Positions 23,662 to 31,360 of a stretch of 32,000 bases of DNA are shown here, in pieces; position 1 is the first letter of the stretch, and each line of letters opens with the position of its first letter. The notes beneath the pieces are model-generated. The model was not told the DNA's origin and did no database searches. It worked only from the letters and a program-made list of their open reading frames with translations. The DNA is from Geotalea uraniireducens Rf4 (GTDB taxonomy: Bacteria > Desulfobacterota > Desulfuromonadia > Geobacterales > Geobacteraceae), in assembly GCF_000016745.1 (NCBI RefSeq), contig NC_009483.1, forward strand, positions 3,750,001 to 3,782,000, given 5' to 3'. Made by a program: the position numbers and the translations under genes.

Positions 23662-25134
23662 TCACTCTTTAATGCTCCCGGTGCGAATCTTTTCGATGAT
23701 GTTCGTGGTGGATTTCCCGTCGACGAAGGTGACGAGCTCGACCCTGCCGCCGTAGGACTCCACCACCTCCTTACCCACCACACGCTCAGGGGTATAGTCG
23801 CCACCCTTGACCAAGACTTGCGGCTGGAGGGTCTCAATCAGCCTGAGCGGCGTGTCCTCGTCGAAAATAACGACGAAATCGACGCAATCCAGGGCGGCCA
23901 GGATATGGGCCCGCTCAGCCTCGCCGATGAGGGGCCGCTCCGCCCCCTTCAGGCGGCGCACCGAGGCGTCGCTGTTCAGCCCGACTACCAGCAGGTCGCC
24001 GAAGGTCCGCGCCTTCTGCAGGTATTTCACATGCCCCACGTGAAGGAGATCAAAACAGCCGTTGGTGAATACCAGCCGTTTACCCCTTGTTTTTTCGGCT
24101 TTGACGATAGCAGCAAGCGCATCCAGGTTCTTGATCTTCGCATCGCTGTCCGGGTGGGCGTGACCGATCTCGGCTATAATCTCGCCGGGAGAAACCGTCG
24201 AGGTCCCCAGCTTGCCCACCGCAATACCGGCCGCCACGTTGGCTACACGGGCCGCCTCTCCGAACTCGAGGCCGCAGGCAAGTCCTACACTCAGGACCGA
24301 CAGTACCGTATCGCCTGCGCCGGTCACATCGTACACCTCGCGGGCCACGGTGGGGATATGGACCGTTCTGCCATCCTGCATGAAGAGAGACATCCCCTCC
24401 TCGCTCCGTGTGATGAGGAGCGCGTCCAGCTCCAGCCCGGCCAACAACGTCTCTGCCGCCCTGGTCAGACCCTCCTCGGTCCTGATCGACATACGTGAAG
24501 CGGTTTCAGCCTCCTTGCGGTTCGGCGTAAGGATGGTCGCCCCGCGGTATTTGCCGTAATCACTCCCCTTCGGATCGACGACCACGGGAATGCCCAGACG
24601 CCTGCCGGCAGCGCAGACCGCCTCCAGAACCCGCGGGGTCAACACTCCCTTGAGGTAATCCGAAACAAGAATGACGTTGAAGCGGGCGGCCTCGGCAGCG
24701 ATAAAATCAAGGACCTTCTCCTCAAACTCAAGGGATATTTCATCCCTGGATTCCCTGTCGATGCGGACGATCTGCTGGTTGGCGGCAATTACCCGGGTTT
24801 TCTTGCTCGTCAGCCGGAGCGGGTCCTCGAAAACCCCTGTCAGGTCAACACCCTTGCCTGTAAAGGCATGACGCAGGTGGCTGCCGTTTTCATCTCCGCC
24901 GATCACGCTGCAGACGGCCACCTGGCAGCCGAGCGCCACCAGATTGTTGACCACGTTCCCGGCGCCGCCAAGACGCAGGTCCTCGCGGGTGACATCTACC
25001 ACCTGCACCGGCGCCTCGGGGGAAATCCGTTCCGCCTTCCCCCACAAATACTCATCGAGCATCAGATCACCGATGACCAGGGCACGGATCTCCCTGGCGC
25101 GGGTAAAGAGGGATTCAATCTCTTTTCTTTCCAC
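23662..25134 (-). CDS. hldE: Bifunctional D-beta-D-heptose 7-phosphate kinase / D-beta-D-heptose 1-phosphate adenylyltransferase
   Basis: 490 aa. The N-terminal domain is a ribokinase-like kinase ([10 protein letters not shown]..., DVTGAGDTV). The C-terminal domain is a cytidylyltransferase-like adenylyltransferase ([18 protein letters not shown]). The start is a GTG with GGAGG 6 nt upstream. Confidence 0.93.
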   Translation of the reverse strand: MERKEIESLFTRAREIRALVIGDLMLDEYLWGKAERISPEAPVQVVDVTREDLRLGGAGNVVNNLVALGCQVAVCSVIGGDENGSHLRHAFTGKGVDLTGVFEDPLRLTSKKTRVIAANQQIVRIDRESRDEISLEFEEKVLDFIAAEAARFNVILVSDYLKGVLTPRVLEAVCAAGRRLGIPVVVDPKGSDYGKYRGATILTPNRKEAETASRMSIRTEEGLTRAAETLLAGLELDALLITRSEEGMSLFMQDGRTVHIPTVAREVYDVTGAGDTVLSVLSVGLACGLEFGEAARVANVAAGIAVGKLGTSTVSPGEIIAEIGHAHPDSDAKIKNLDALAAIVKAEKTRGKRLVFTNGCFDLLHVGHVKYLQKARTFGDLLVVGLNSDASVRRLKGAERPLIGEAERAHILAALDCVDFVVIFDEDTPLRLIETLQPQVLVKGGDYTPERVVGKEVVESYGGRVELVTFVDGKSTTNIIEKIRTGSIKE

Positions 25135-25152
25135 TGTTTTCCTCCGGAAAAA

Positions 25153-25180
25153 GTTCGATGTTCGAGGTTCGAGGTTCGAA
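25153..25180. repeat. Heptamer array (GTTCGAN)x4, the left arm of inverted arrays around the four-helix-bundle gene
   Basis: GTTCGAT GTTCGAG GTTCGAG GTTCGAA was read directly. Confidence 0.9.
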
Positions 25181-25190
25181 GTGAACTACG

Positions 25191-25565
25191 TTATTTTTTT
25201 CTGTCAGATTTCTTTAAGAAGCTGATAAAACCGTTCAACAGACCAATAATTTTTGTACAACGGCCGAAAACCGTTCTGAAGGCATCGGTGCTTATATATC
25301 CAATATCCATACCCGCATAAGCCAAGCTTTTAACCTCTGCAGCTGATCCCCTGGCAATTATCAAATATTGGGTAAATTCACGATTGCTGCCCCTCTCAAA
25401 CCCCTCGGCAATATTGGACATAACCGAGATTGCTGCGCGCTGAATCTGGCCATTGAAGCCACGGTCATTGCAGCACGACAACTTATATACATCCGCAACG
25501 AGGAGACGGGCCTCTTTCCATGACTCAATATCTTCGAATCTATTTATTTTCACCCATTCCCCCAA
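25191..25565 (-). CDS. Four-helix-bundle protein (23S rRNA intervening-sequence protein family, PF05635/TIGR02436-like)
   Basis: FEDIESWKEARLLVADVYKL..., IQRAAISVMSNIAEGFERGSNREFTQYLIIARGSAAEVKSLAY... is the family signature. The exact start is uncertain: the ORF-track start is a TTG inside the right heptamer array. Confidence 0.85.
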   Translation of the reverse strand: MGEWVKINRFEDIESWKEARLLVADVYKLSCCNDRGFNGQIQRAAISVMSNIAEGFERGSNREFTQYLIIARGSAAEVKSLAYAGMDIGYISTDAFRTVFGRCTKIIGLLNGFISFLKKSDRKK

Positions 25566-25588
25566 CTTCGAACGTCGAACTTCGAACG
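25565..25588. repeat. Heptamer array, reverse complement of (GTTCGAN)x3, the right arm
   Basis: ACTTCGA ACGTCGA ACTTCGA ACGG has the reverse complement CCGTTCGAAGTTCGACGTTCGAAGT. Confidence 0.9.
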
Positions 25589-25591
25589 GTT

Positions 25592-26542
25592 TTAACGCTT
25601 GAGTCTATCCAGCACGCCTGCCGCCAAGAGCGGCAACATGATCTCATGATGCCCGGTGAGGGTGTAGCCGCGGCTCTTGCCCGAGGTGGGGCGCTTCACA
25701 ACGTTCTGCAAAGGGCGGTAATGCTGCTGCATGTCGAAGTTGGCGGTGGTGAAGTGGTCCACGTGATGCCCCAGGTTCTGGGCAATGGAAAGGGCCTTGA
25801 GGAAAACCTCAGGGAGCAGCACCGCGCTCCCCACGTTCAGGTACACCCCGCCGTCACCCAGTTCCGCGACCACCGAGGTGAGGATCTTGAAATCCGTGTA
25901 GGAGGCCTCGCCGATCACCGCCCCGTCGGCAGTGGGGTGCTGGTGGATGATGTCGGTCCCCAGCGCCACATGGACCGTGACCGGGATCTCCCGCTCCGCG
26001 CAAATGGCGAGAAGGCTGTATTCCCGGTAGGGGTTGTCGTTGTCGATGATGAAGCGACCCACCGCTTCGCCGTAGCCGAGTCCCAGTGCAACGCCATCCT
26101 TGAGCGCCAGGTTTATGTCGCGCCCCGTCTCCTCTGCCATGCCGAAGGTTCCGCAGTGGAGCACCGCGCCCACGTCCTCGCTGGTCTCGCCGATCAGTGA
26201 AATCTCGTAATCGTGAATTGAGCCGGCGCCGTTCAGGGCGAATGCGGTGATCGCATCCGCCTCGATGAGGCTTTTCAGCACCGGTTGCAGGCCGCATTTG
26301 AGCACATGGGCTCCCATGGCCATCACCACCGGTTTCCCCTTGGCGCGCGCATCGACTATGGCATCGATCACGCCGAGAAGCGCCTGTGAGCCGAGCTGCG
26401 GCGGGAGGGCCGACAGCAGCTCCGCAACGGACATGCCGGCAGAAACCGGCCGGCCAAAATCCCGGGCAATGCTCACCTTGTTCTGCCGCTCGGCCAGAGG
26501 ATAGGTTTTGACGCCGGAAAGATCAATTGGTCTGTATTTCAT
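25592..26542 (-). CDS. Conserved protein of unknown role, possibly deoxyhypusine-synthase-like (DHS-like NAD-binding fold)
   Basis: 316 aa, with GC-rich codon usage matching its neighbours and an RBS-like AAGGG upstream. The segment KPVVMAMGAHVLKCGLQPVLKSLIEADAITAFALNGAGSIHDYEISLIG resembles the DHS-family pattern (...G+..vi..LI....vd.iv.tGA...HD...). The functional call is weak. Confidence 0.4.
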   Translation of the reverse strand: MKYRPIDLSGVKTYPLAERQNKVSIARDFGRPVSAGMSVAELLSALPPQLGSQALLGVIDAIVDARAKGKPVVMAMGAHVLKCGLQPVLKSLIEADAITAFALNGAGSIHDYEISLIGETSEDVGAVLHCGTFGMAEETGRDINLALKDGVALGLGYGEAVGRFIIDNDNPYREYSLLAICAEREIPVTVHVALGTDIIHQHPTADGAVIGEASYTDFKILTSVVAELGDGGVYLNVGSAVLLPEVFLKALSIAQNLGHHVDHFTTANFDMQQHYRPLQNVVKRPTSGKSRGYTLTGHHEIMLPLLAAGVLDRLKR

Positions 26543-26588
26543 GGGATACCCTTTTCAAAGTCGTTTTTGAGCTTTTGAAACCTTTTTT

Positions 26589-26709
26589 AGCCACGAATGA
26601 CACAAATGAAAAATCCTTGAAACACAAGACCTGAAGCTTTTTGTTTTTATCCCAAAGGACTCAGGACTTTATCTTGCCTTTATTCGTGAACATTAGTGCT
26701 ATTCGTGGT
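26589..26709. repeat. Long-range inverted repeat built from CACGAAT-type nonamers (18-bp stem, loop of ~72 nt) in the waaC / DHS-like intergenic region
   Basis: CCACGAATGACACAAATG (26590-26607) pairs with CATTAGTGCTATTCGTGG (26690-26707). By hand that is 15 Watson-Crick pairs, 1 G-U pair and 2 mismatches. Confidence 0.7.
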
Positions 26710-26726
26710 CGAGATGAGCCTTTTAT

Positions 26727-27767
26727 CTAGGTTAAAAGTTTTTCAACACCACATACAACGGCTTCCACCGTTATGCTTTGCCGGCATTCCTCATCCTTGT
26801 CACATCGTGTCCTGAAACACCTGGCGCACAGCAGTGGGGACTGGACAATCACATGACCATCGCCTCGCGGACCGCTCCTTTTGCCGTCGGAAGAGCGGTA
26901 AAAGGAAACGGTCGACGTGCCGACCGCTGCGGCCAGATGCACAGGGCCCGTGTCACCTCCCACCACCAGATCGACCTTCTTCAGCAGGGCGGTCAAGCCT
27001 TTCAACGAATACCGTTCAATCACCCTGGCGCCGGGCCCGATACCCGCGGCAATACCCATTACTACACGGCGCTCCGTATCATTACCCCAGGAAAGGAGGA
27101 TTGACGATTCCGAAAACCTATCCAGCAAAGCCTTCCCCAGCTCGATCCAACTCTTCTCGCTCCAGAACTTGGTCTGCCAGGTGGTCCCGTAATGGAACAG
27201 GAATACCAGCCCGTCGGCCAGGGTGGAGAGAAGTGTCTCGGCGACAGCGTCGTCCTCCGGCGTCGTGTAAATGTCGGATGAAAGCTGCATTTTCCTGAAA
27301 TCGCGACCGAAGGGGACGCTGACAAGCCGCAGGTACTGGTCGGTGATATGGTAATCATGGGGCCGCAACGGTATCTGGCGCGTCGTGAACATCATGTTCA
27401 GCCGTTCCTGGAGGACGTCGGCATTGAAGCCGATCCGGTTGTCGACACCGCTCAGCCAGCCGAAGACGCCGCTCTTGATGTTCCCCTGGATATCGAAAAC
27501 GACATCGAATGCCCTCTCCTGCAACGCCTGCTTCAATGCGCCGATCTCACGAAATGTACTGACGGCGAAAGGCCGCTTGCGCCAGACCTTGGTGCGTGCC
27601 GTATGGATCGTGCTGATCAGCGGATTTCCGGCCACAACGTCCAGGAAAGGCTCCTCGACCAGCCAGTCGATCTCGATCCCCGGTGAAACCTTGTGCAGGT
27701 AATCCAATACCGGCAAGGCATGGATTATATCACCCATGGCGCTCATTTTAACGATCAGGACCCGCAT
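26727..27767 (-). CDS. waaC: ADP-heptose:LPS heptosyltransferase I (GT9)
   Basis: MRVLIVKMSAMGDIIHALPVLDYL...IDWLVEE parallels the E. coli WaaC N-terminus MRVLIVKTSSMGDVLHTLPALTDA...FDWVVEE. The C-terminal VGGDTGPVHLAAAVG segment is typical of GT9. The start is ATG 27767; the ORF-track 27770 is a TTG. Confidence 0.85.
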   Translation of the reverse strand: MRVLIVKMSAMGDIIHALPVLDYLHKVSPGIEIDWLVEEPFLDVVAGNPLISTIHTARTKVWRKRPFAVSTFREIGALKQALQERAFDVVFDIQGNIKSGVFGWLSGVDNRIGFNADVLQERLNMMFTTRQIPLRPHDYHITDQYLRLVSVPFGRDFRKMQLSSDIYTTPEDDAVAETLLSTLADGLVFLFHYGTTWQTKFWSEKSWIELGKALLDRFSESSILLSWGNDTERRVVMGIAAGIGPGARVIERYSLKGLTALLKKVDLVVGGDTGPVHLAAAVGTSTVSFYRSSDGKRSGPRGDGHVIVQSPLLCARCFRTRCDKDEECRQSITVEAVVCGVEKLLT

Positions 27768-27786
27768 CAACGCTCCGACTCACACT

Positions 27787-28830
27787 TCACTGTTTAGGAC
27801 CTCCGGTTTTTCTTTCCGCTAGGAGCCTGTCGGACTTACCTAGCATCTGCGCCACGGCGGCAAAGACCTCGTCCACGGAAATCCGCTCCATGCATTCCAG
27901 GTAATGGGGGTTGCTGCACTTCCTGGCATTGCAAGGGACGCATTCAATCTCGGCATGGCGAATCACCCGGTGACCCTCCCCCACCGGTCCGGTCCGGCGC
28001 GGCTCGATCGCCCCGAACAAGGCGACCACCGGCGTCCCCACCGCCGTTGCCATGTGCATCGGGCCGGTATCGCCGCTGACAAGCAGCGCGCATTGCGCGA
28101 GGACCGCCCCCAATTGCAGCATGGAGGTCTTCTCCACCAGGTTCAACGGCTTGCGCCGCATCCGGGCGCATATATCCTGCGCCAGCTCCCGCTCGCTGCC
28201 GCCGACGACAACCACTTCCGCCCCCAGCTCATCCATCAGGCGATCGCCGAGGGCGGCAAACTGCCCGGTACTCCAGCATTTTATCAGGTTGCTGGCACCG
28301 GGGTTGAGGGCGACGACGCTCTTGCCGGCAAATCCATTTAAACGGAACAGCTCTTGCGCATGCTGCACGTCCTCGTCCCCGAGAAAAAGCTCCAGGCGCT
28401 CTTCGACATCCGAAGGGCTGATACCGAGCCTGCCCAAGGTTTCCAGGTGGTTGATCACCGCGTGCACGGTTCTGCCCCTGGCCTTGTTATAGACGAGGAC
28501 CCGGCAGGGAAAAGCAGCCGAGGCGAGAAACCAGGACTTTAGATTGCTCCGCTGGAAATTGAGCACCAGATCGTAATGACCGCCGCGCAGGCGTTGCCAA
28601 AGGCCCAAAAGGGAGGACAACGAGCGGTGCGCGACCCTTCTGTCAAAGACAATGGTTTCATGCACATGGGGATGGTGCCTGAACAGATCGACAGAAGCTG
28701 CATTGCCGACCAGTATGGAGATCCGCGCCTCCGGCAACTTCTTCTTGAGCGCCCTGATAACCGGCGTCATTTGCAAGAGGTCACCCATTGCGCCCGGTTT
28801 TATTATCAGAATATTACTGGTTTCTTTCAT
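27787..28830 (-). CDS. GT9 heptosyltransferase-family glycosyltransferase (WaaF/WaaQ-like; specificity not resolvable)
   Basis: ILIIKPGAMGDLLQMTPVIRALKKKLPEARISILV... and VSGDTGPMHMATAVGTPVVALFG are GT9 signatures. Confidence 0.85.
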   Translation of the reverse strand: MKETSNILIIKPGAMGDLLQMTPVIRALKKKLPEARISILVGNAASVDLFRHHPHVHETIVFDRRVAHRSLSSLLGLWQRLRGGHYDLVLNFQRSNLKSWFLASAAFPCRVLVYNKARGRTVHAVINHLETLGRLGISPSDVEERLELFLGDEDVQHAQELFRLNGFAGKSVVALNPGASNLIKCWSTGQFAALGDRLMDELGAEVVVVGGSERELAQDICARMRRKPLNLVEKTSMLQLGAVLAQCALLVSGDTGPMHMATAVGTPVVALFGAIEPRRTGPVGEGHRVIRHAEIECVPCNARKCSNPHYLECMERISVDEVFAAVAQMLGKSDRLLAERKTGGPKQ

Positions 28831-28931
28831 GAAGTTACACCTAATTATAACACCAACTTAAATCAGGATGTTGAACGAAGGATTCTATCATTCATCGATT
28901 AAATATGTAATTGACCCAGACATTTTTTAGC

Positions 28932-29274
28932 TTAGTTGATTTTCCTGACGGCAGGCTTTCGACTTTTGAAAATCAACACCTTGATTACATCAAAAAAACT
29001 AATAGATGCAGAGTTGGCAGCATAATCGAATAAAAAAGAAAGTGGCAAACGCCATTTTTTTCTTTGTCTGCACTCCCGTTTCCACTCATGGGCGCAAAGC
29101 CGACTAAAAATCCTTTGATCAAGGTAATTCTGGGCAAACCATATTTTGGCTTGGCGATAATAACGCTGGATGTCCACGCTTGCTTCACTGATACTGATCG
29201 ATCCCGCATGATGCCTGAAAAACGAAAGCGGCTCGACGATATAAGCAATATTTGTGTAATGCTTGGCTGTTAAC
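28932..29274 (-). pseudogene. C-terminal part of the IS-split GT2 glycosyltransferase
   Basis: The frame of ORF 28932..29177 stays open up to the IS end: (LL)TAKHYTNIAYIVEPLSFFRHHAGSISISEASVDIQRYYRQAKIWFAQNYLD...KIN*. It joins in frame to 30683..31290 after removal of the IS and one duplication copy, giving a restored ORF of about 314 aa. Confidence 0.8.
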
Positions 29275-29363
29275 TGTCAAATGTCAGGACATCGGTTACC
29301 CAAGCCTAACTCTAAAAAGTGTCAGGACATCGGTTACCCGACCCCCTGATTATGCATACTATT

Positions 29364-30104
29364 TCATGAGCTGAACTCTGTAGGCATTCTGTACTCAAAG
29401 CTTTGAACAAAGTCTTCACCCAGGTACACTTGCAGCGTGTGAATTTCCGTTACGATCATGGCTCGCACATATGAATAGACGAGGTCTTTTGAAACCTCAA
29501 ATTTTTCGCCAAAGATGTTAAGTGTTCTATCGCTCCTGATAAATCTAATGAGCGAAATGGTGCCGTCCGGGAGAAAATCAAGTTTTGGCATCCTGGTATT
29601 TGGCCCCAGCGTCAAGGGCTTGAATTTGTCAGCTTCAATAACCTCCAGTGGCGTTTTCCCCTTGAGATAGCTGTAACGGTGATTCTTGTTGTGAAACTGC
29701 TGGAAATTCTTGCTTTGCCGCTTGAGCATGGAATAGCTTGTGAACCACTGGCGGCGAAAAAACTTTTTGTCATAGGTATCGTTGAAGCTCTCTATTACGC
29801 CATCGCGCCACGGTTCCGCAACAGGGATAAAAACAGGATGAACGCCGAAGTAGAGACATAGTCGCAGCACCAGACCAAGTGACCTCGGATAGCGGTTACT
29901 GCCACGGAAACTGAGTTCATTGTCCATTTGCAGGAAGTCGGGAAGCCCCATTGACTTCCAGCAGCGCAGCAAACCCTGTGCAATGTTGTCATCCTCCTTG
30001 GTGCGATTTGATTCGATGAAGACCCGATGGCTGTACAGATCAATCACATTCATCGAGTAAAATCTGCCGTCACTCTTGATGTAGCGGGGGCCAACAAGAT
30101 CCAT
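29364..30104 (-). CDS. Transposase, catalytic part (rve DDE domain plus C-terminal beta-rich extension); +1 frame relative to orfA
   Basis: HQMDLVGPRY..., FLQMDNELSFRG and PWRDGVIESFNDTYDKKF supply the D, D and E segments of an integrase-core fold. This frame is open upstream as far as the A8 run (..KKTRYSPKGVEYPYFTEALCCNNIHQM..). Confidence 0.85.
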   Translation of the reverse strand: MDLVGPRYIKSDGRFYSMNVIDLYSHRVFIESNRTKEDDNIAQGLLRCWKSMGLPDFLQMDNELSFRGSNRYPRSLGLVLRLCLYFGVHPVFIPVAEPWRDGVIESFNDTYDKKFFRRQWFTSYSMLKRQSKNFQQFHNKNHRYSYLKGKTPLEVIEADKFKPLTLGPNTRMPKLDFLPDGTISLIRFIRSDRTLNIFGEKFEVSKDLVYSYVRAMIVTEIHTLQVYLGEDFVQSFEYRMPTEFSS

Positions 30105-30534
30105 CTGATGGATGTTGTTGCAGCACAGGGCTTCGGTAAAGTACGGGTACTCGACCCCTTTGGGGGAATATCTCGTTTTTTTTAACGAGTCCTTCCCGCT
30201 TCAGGGTCCGGTTAATGGTGCTGTCAGAGCGAAACGGTAACCCCAGCTTATGCAGCTCCCACTTGATAGCGGAAACGCCAATCTGTGCAAATGGTGACGA
30301 GTCCAGGCGGTTTCTGGTGGAGACAATAATCTCCTTATCTACGATGCTGAGTTCAGACGGTCTTTTAAGTGGCGCTCTTGAGTGTTCCTTGTACCAGTCA
30401 GTCGCGCCAGATTGATACCGGTTCAACCACTTAAAAAACCACTTCTTGGAGCGATCAAGGCTTGTATAGACTGCCTTGGGTGATTCGCCTGCAAGATGGC
30501 GCTGGACTGCTTGTTTCCTGAGTTCTTCTTCCAT
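30070..30534 (-). CDS. Transposase, N-terminal HTH part (orfA)
   Basis: MEEELRKQAVQRHLAGESPKAVYTSLDRSKKWFFKWLNRYQ...SAIKWELHKLGL.. are helix-turn-helix-like segments. The product runs out of frame after the A8 run at 30176-30183. Confidence 0.8.
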   Translation of the reverse strand: MEEELRKQAVQRHLAGESPKAVYTSLDRSKKWFFKWLNRYQSGATDWYKEHSRAPLKRPSELSIVDKEIIVSTRNRLDSSPFAQIGVSAIKWELHKLGLPFRSDSTINRTLKREGLVKKNEIFPQRGRVPVLYRSPVLQQHPSDGSCWPPLHQE

Positions 30535-30682
30535 GCGGATGTTCTCCCCTCAAGTTGAAATCACAGAGAACATTGTAGCTGATATTTCTAATGAAGGTAA
30601 CCGATGTCTTGACACAAAAAAGGGCGTTAAGGGTAACCGATGTCTTGACACATCCGGGTAACCGATGTCCTGACACTTGTCA

Positions 30683-31290
30683 GTTAACAGATAGATGAGC
30701 AAGTCGGGGCCAGCACCATGGTCGGCAAAATTTTTTATTGTCGGCGATGTAATTTTCGAGACAAGGTTGCTCCGCAGATCAGTCAGGCGAAAAATTGCGC
30801 CCCCTGGGGAAAAAGGAACATCAAAACCGAAATACGCTTCGTCAATATAATGTTTGCTAGGGAAAATACCGGTCTCCGGCCTAAAATTATAATAAATCTT
30901 ACCGCTCCCAGGTTCATTACCTATGAGCACAGAAGAAAAAACAAAACCAATCTCGTCGTTTTGCATGAACGGCAAGGTTTTTTCCAGAAAATCTGGTTCC
31001 ATCAAGTCGTCTGAAAATAGCAGCTTTCCATACTCGCCCTTGGCTTCCGCTATGCACCTCCGCCAGTTCTCGACAGGTCCAATATTAATGCTGTTGCAAA
31101 ATACACGCACACGGGAGTCTTTGGCAGCATGCTCTCGGCATATCGCCAAGGTCTGATCAGAGCTAGCATTGTCCACAACAACGATCTCAAGATCAGTATA
31201 AGTCTGATCGAGGGCTGACTGAATACATGGCCCTATAAATTTTTCCCTGTTGTACACTGGGATAAGTATACTGACAATAGGTAGCTTCAT
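30683..31290 (-). pseudogene. N-terminal part of the IS-split GT2 glycosyltransferase
   Basis: MKLPIVSILIPVYNREKFIGPCIQSALDQTYTDLEIVVVDNASSDQT... and LLFSDDLM (DxD-like) are present. The ORF-track product (to 30550) ends in IS-derived read-through (..DKCQDIGYPDVSRHRLPL..). Confidence 0.85.
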
Positions 31291-31360
31291 TGTTTAGCCT
31301 AAAAGCAAGTGTGTTGATTAATCTTTCCAGGAATAAAGCCAATCAGGTTAATGTCGATAT

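Larger units (their letters stand above)
29275..30682 (-). mobile_element. 1.4-kb IS with an rve (integrase-core DDE) transposase, IS481/IS3-superfamily-like; exact family unresolved
   Basis: The terminal IRs are 29275-29301 TGTCAAATGTCAGGACATCGGTTACCC and 30656-30682 (reverse complement TGACAAGTGTCAGGACATCGGTTACCC). Extra direct copies of the ~20-bp core TGTCAGGACATCGGTTACCC lie at 29320-29339, 30631-30651 and 30596-30615. The element is flanked by GTTAAC on both sides (29269-29274 and 30683-30688). Because this hexamer is palindromic, the duplication could be TA, TTAA or GTTAAC. Confidence 0.88.

Noticed and set aside
21511-28902. Many long plus-strand ORFs in the GC-rich backbone (for example 21735..22397, 22708..23439, 23575..24498, 25520..26200, 26834..27298, 27904..28341), plus alternative-frame minus ORFs (22548..23066, 25854..26297)
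   Set aside because: These are antisense or out-of-frame shadows of clearly identifiable genes (fcl, gmd, hldE, DHS-like, waaC, GT9). They are Arg/Pro/Gly-rich low-complexity translations of the kind expected from stop-codon depletion in GC-rich DNA.
28985-29273. ORFs 28985..29248(-) and 29064..29273(+)
   Set aside because: They are alternative frames of the GT2 C-terminal fragment. The frame of 28932..29177, extended to 29274, is the one that continues the interrupted GT2 ORF.
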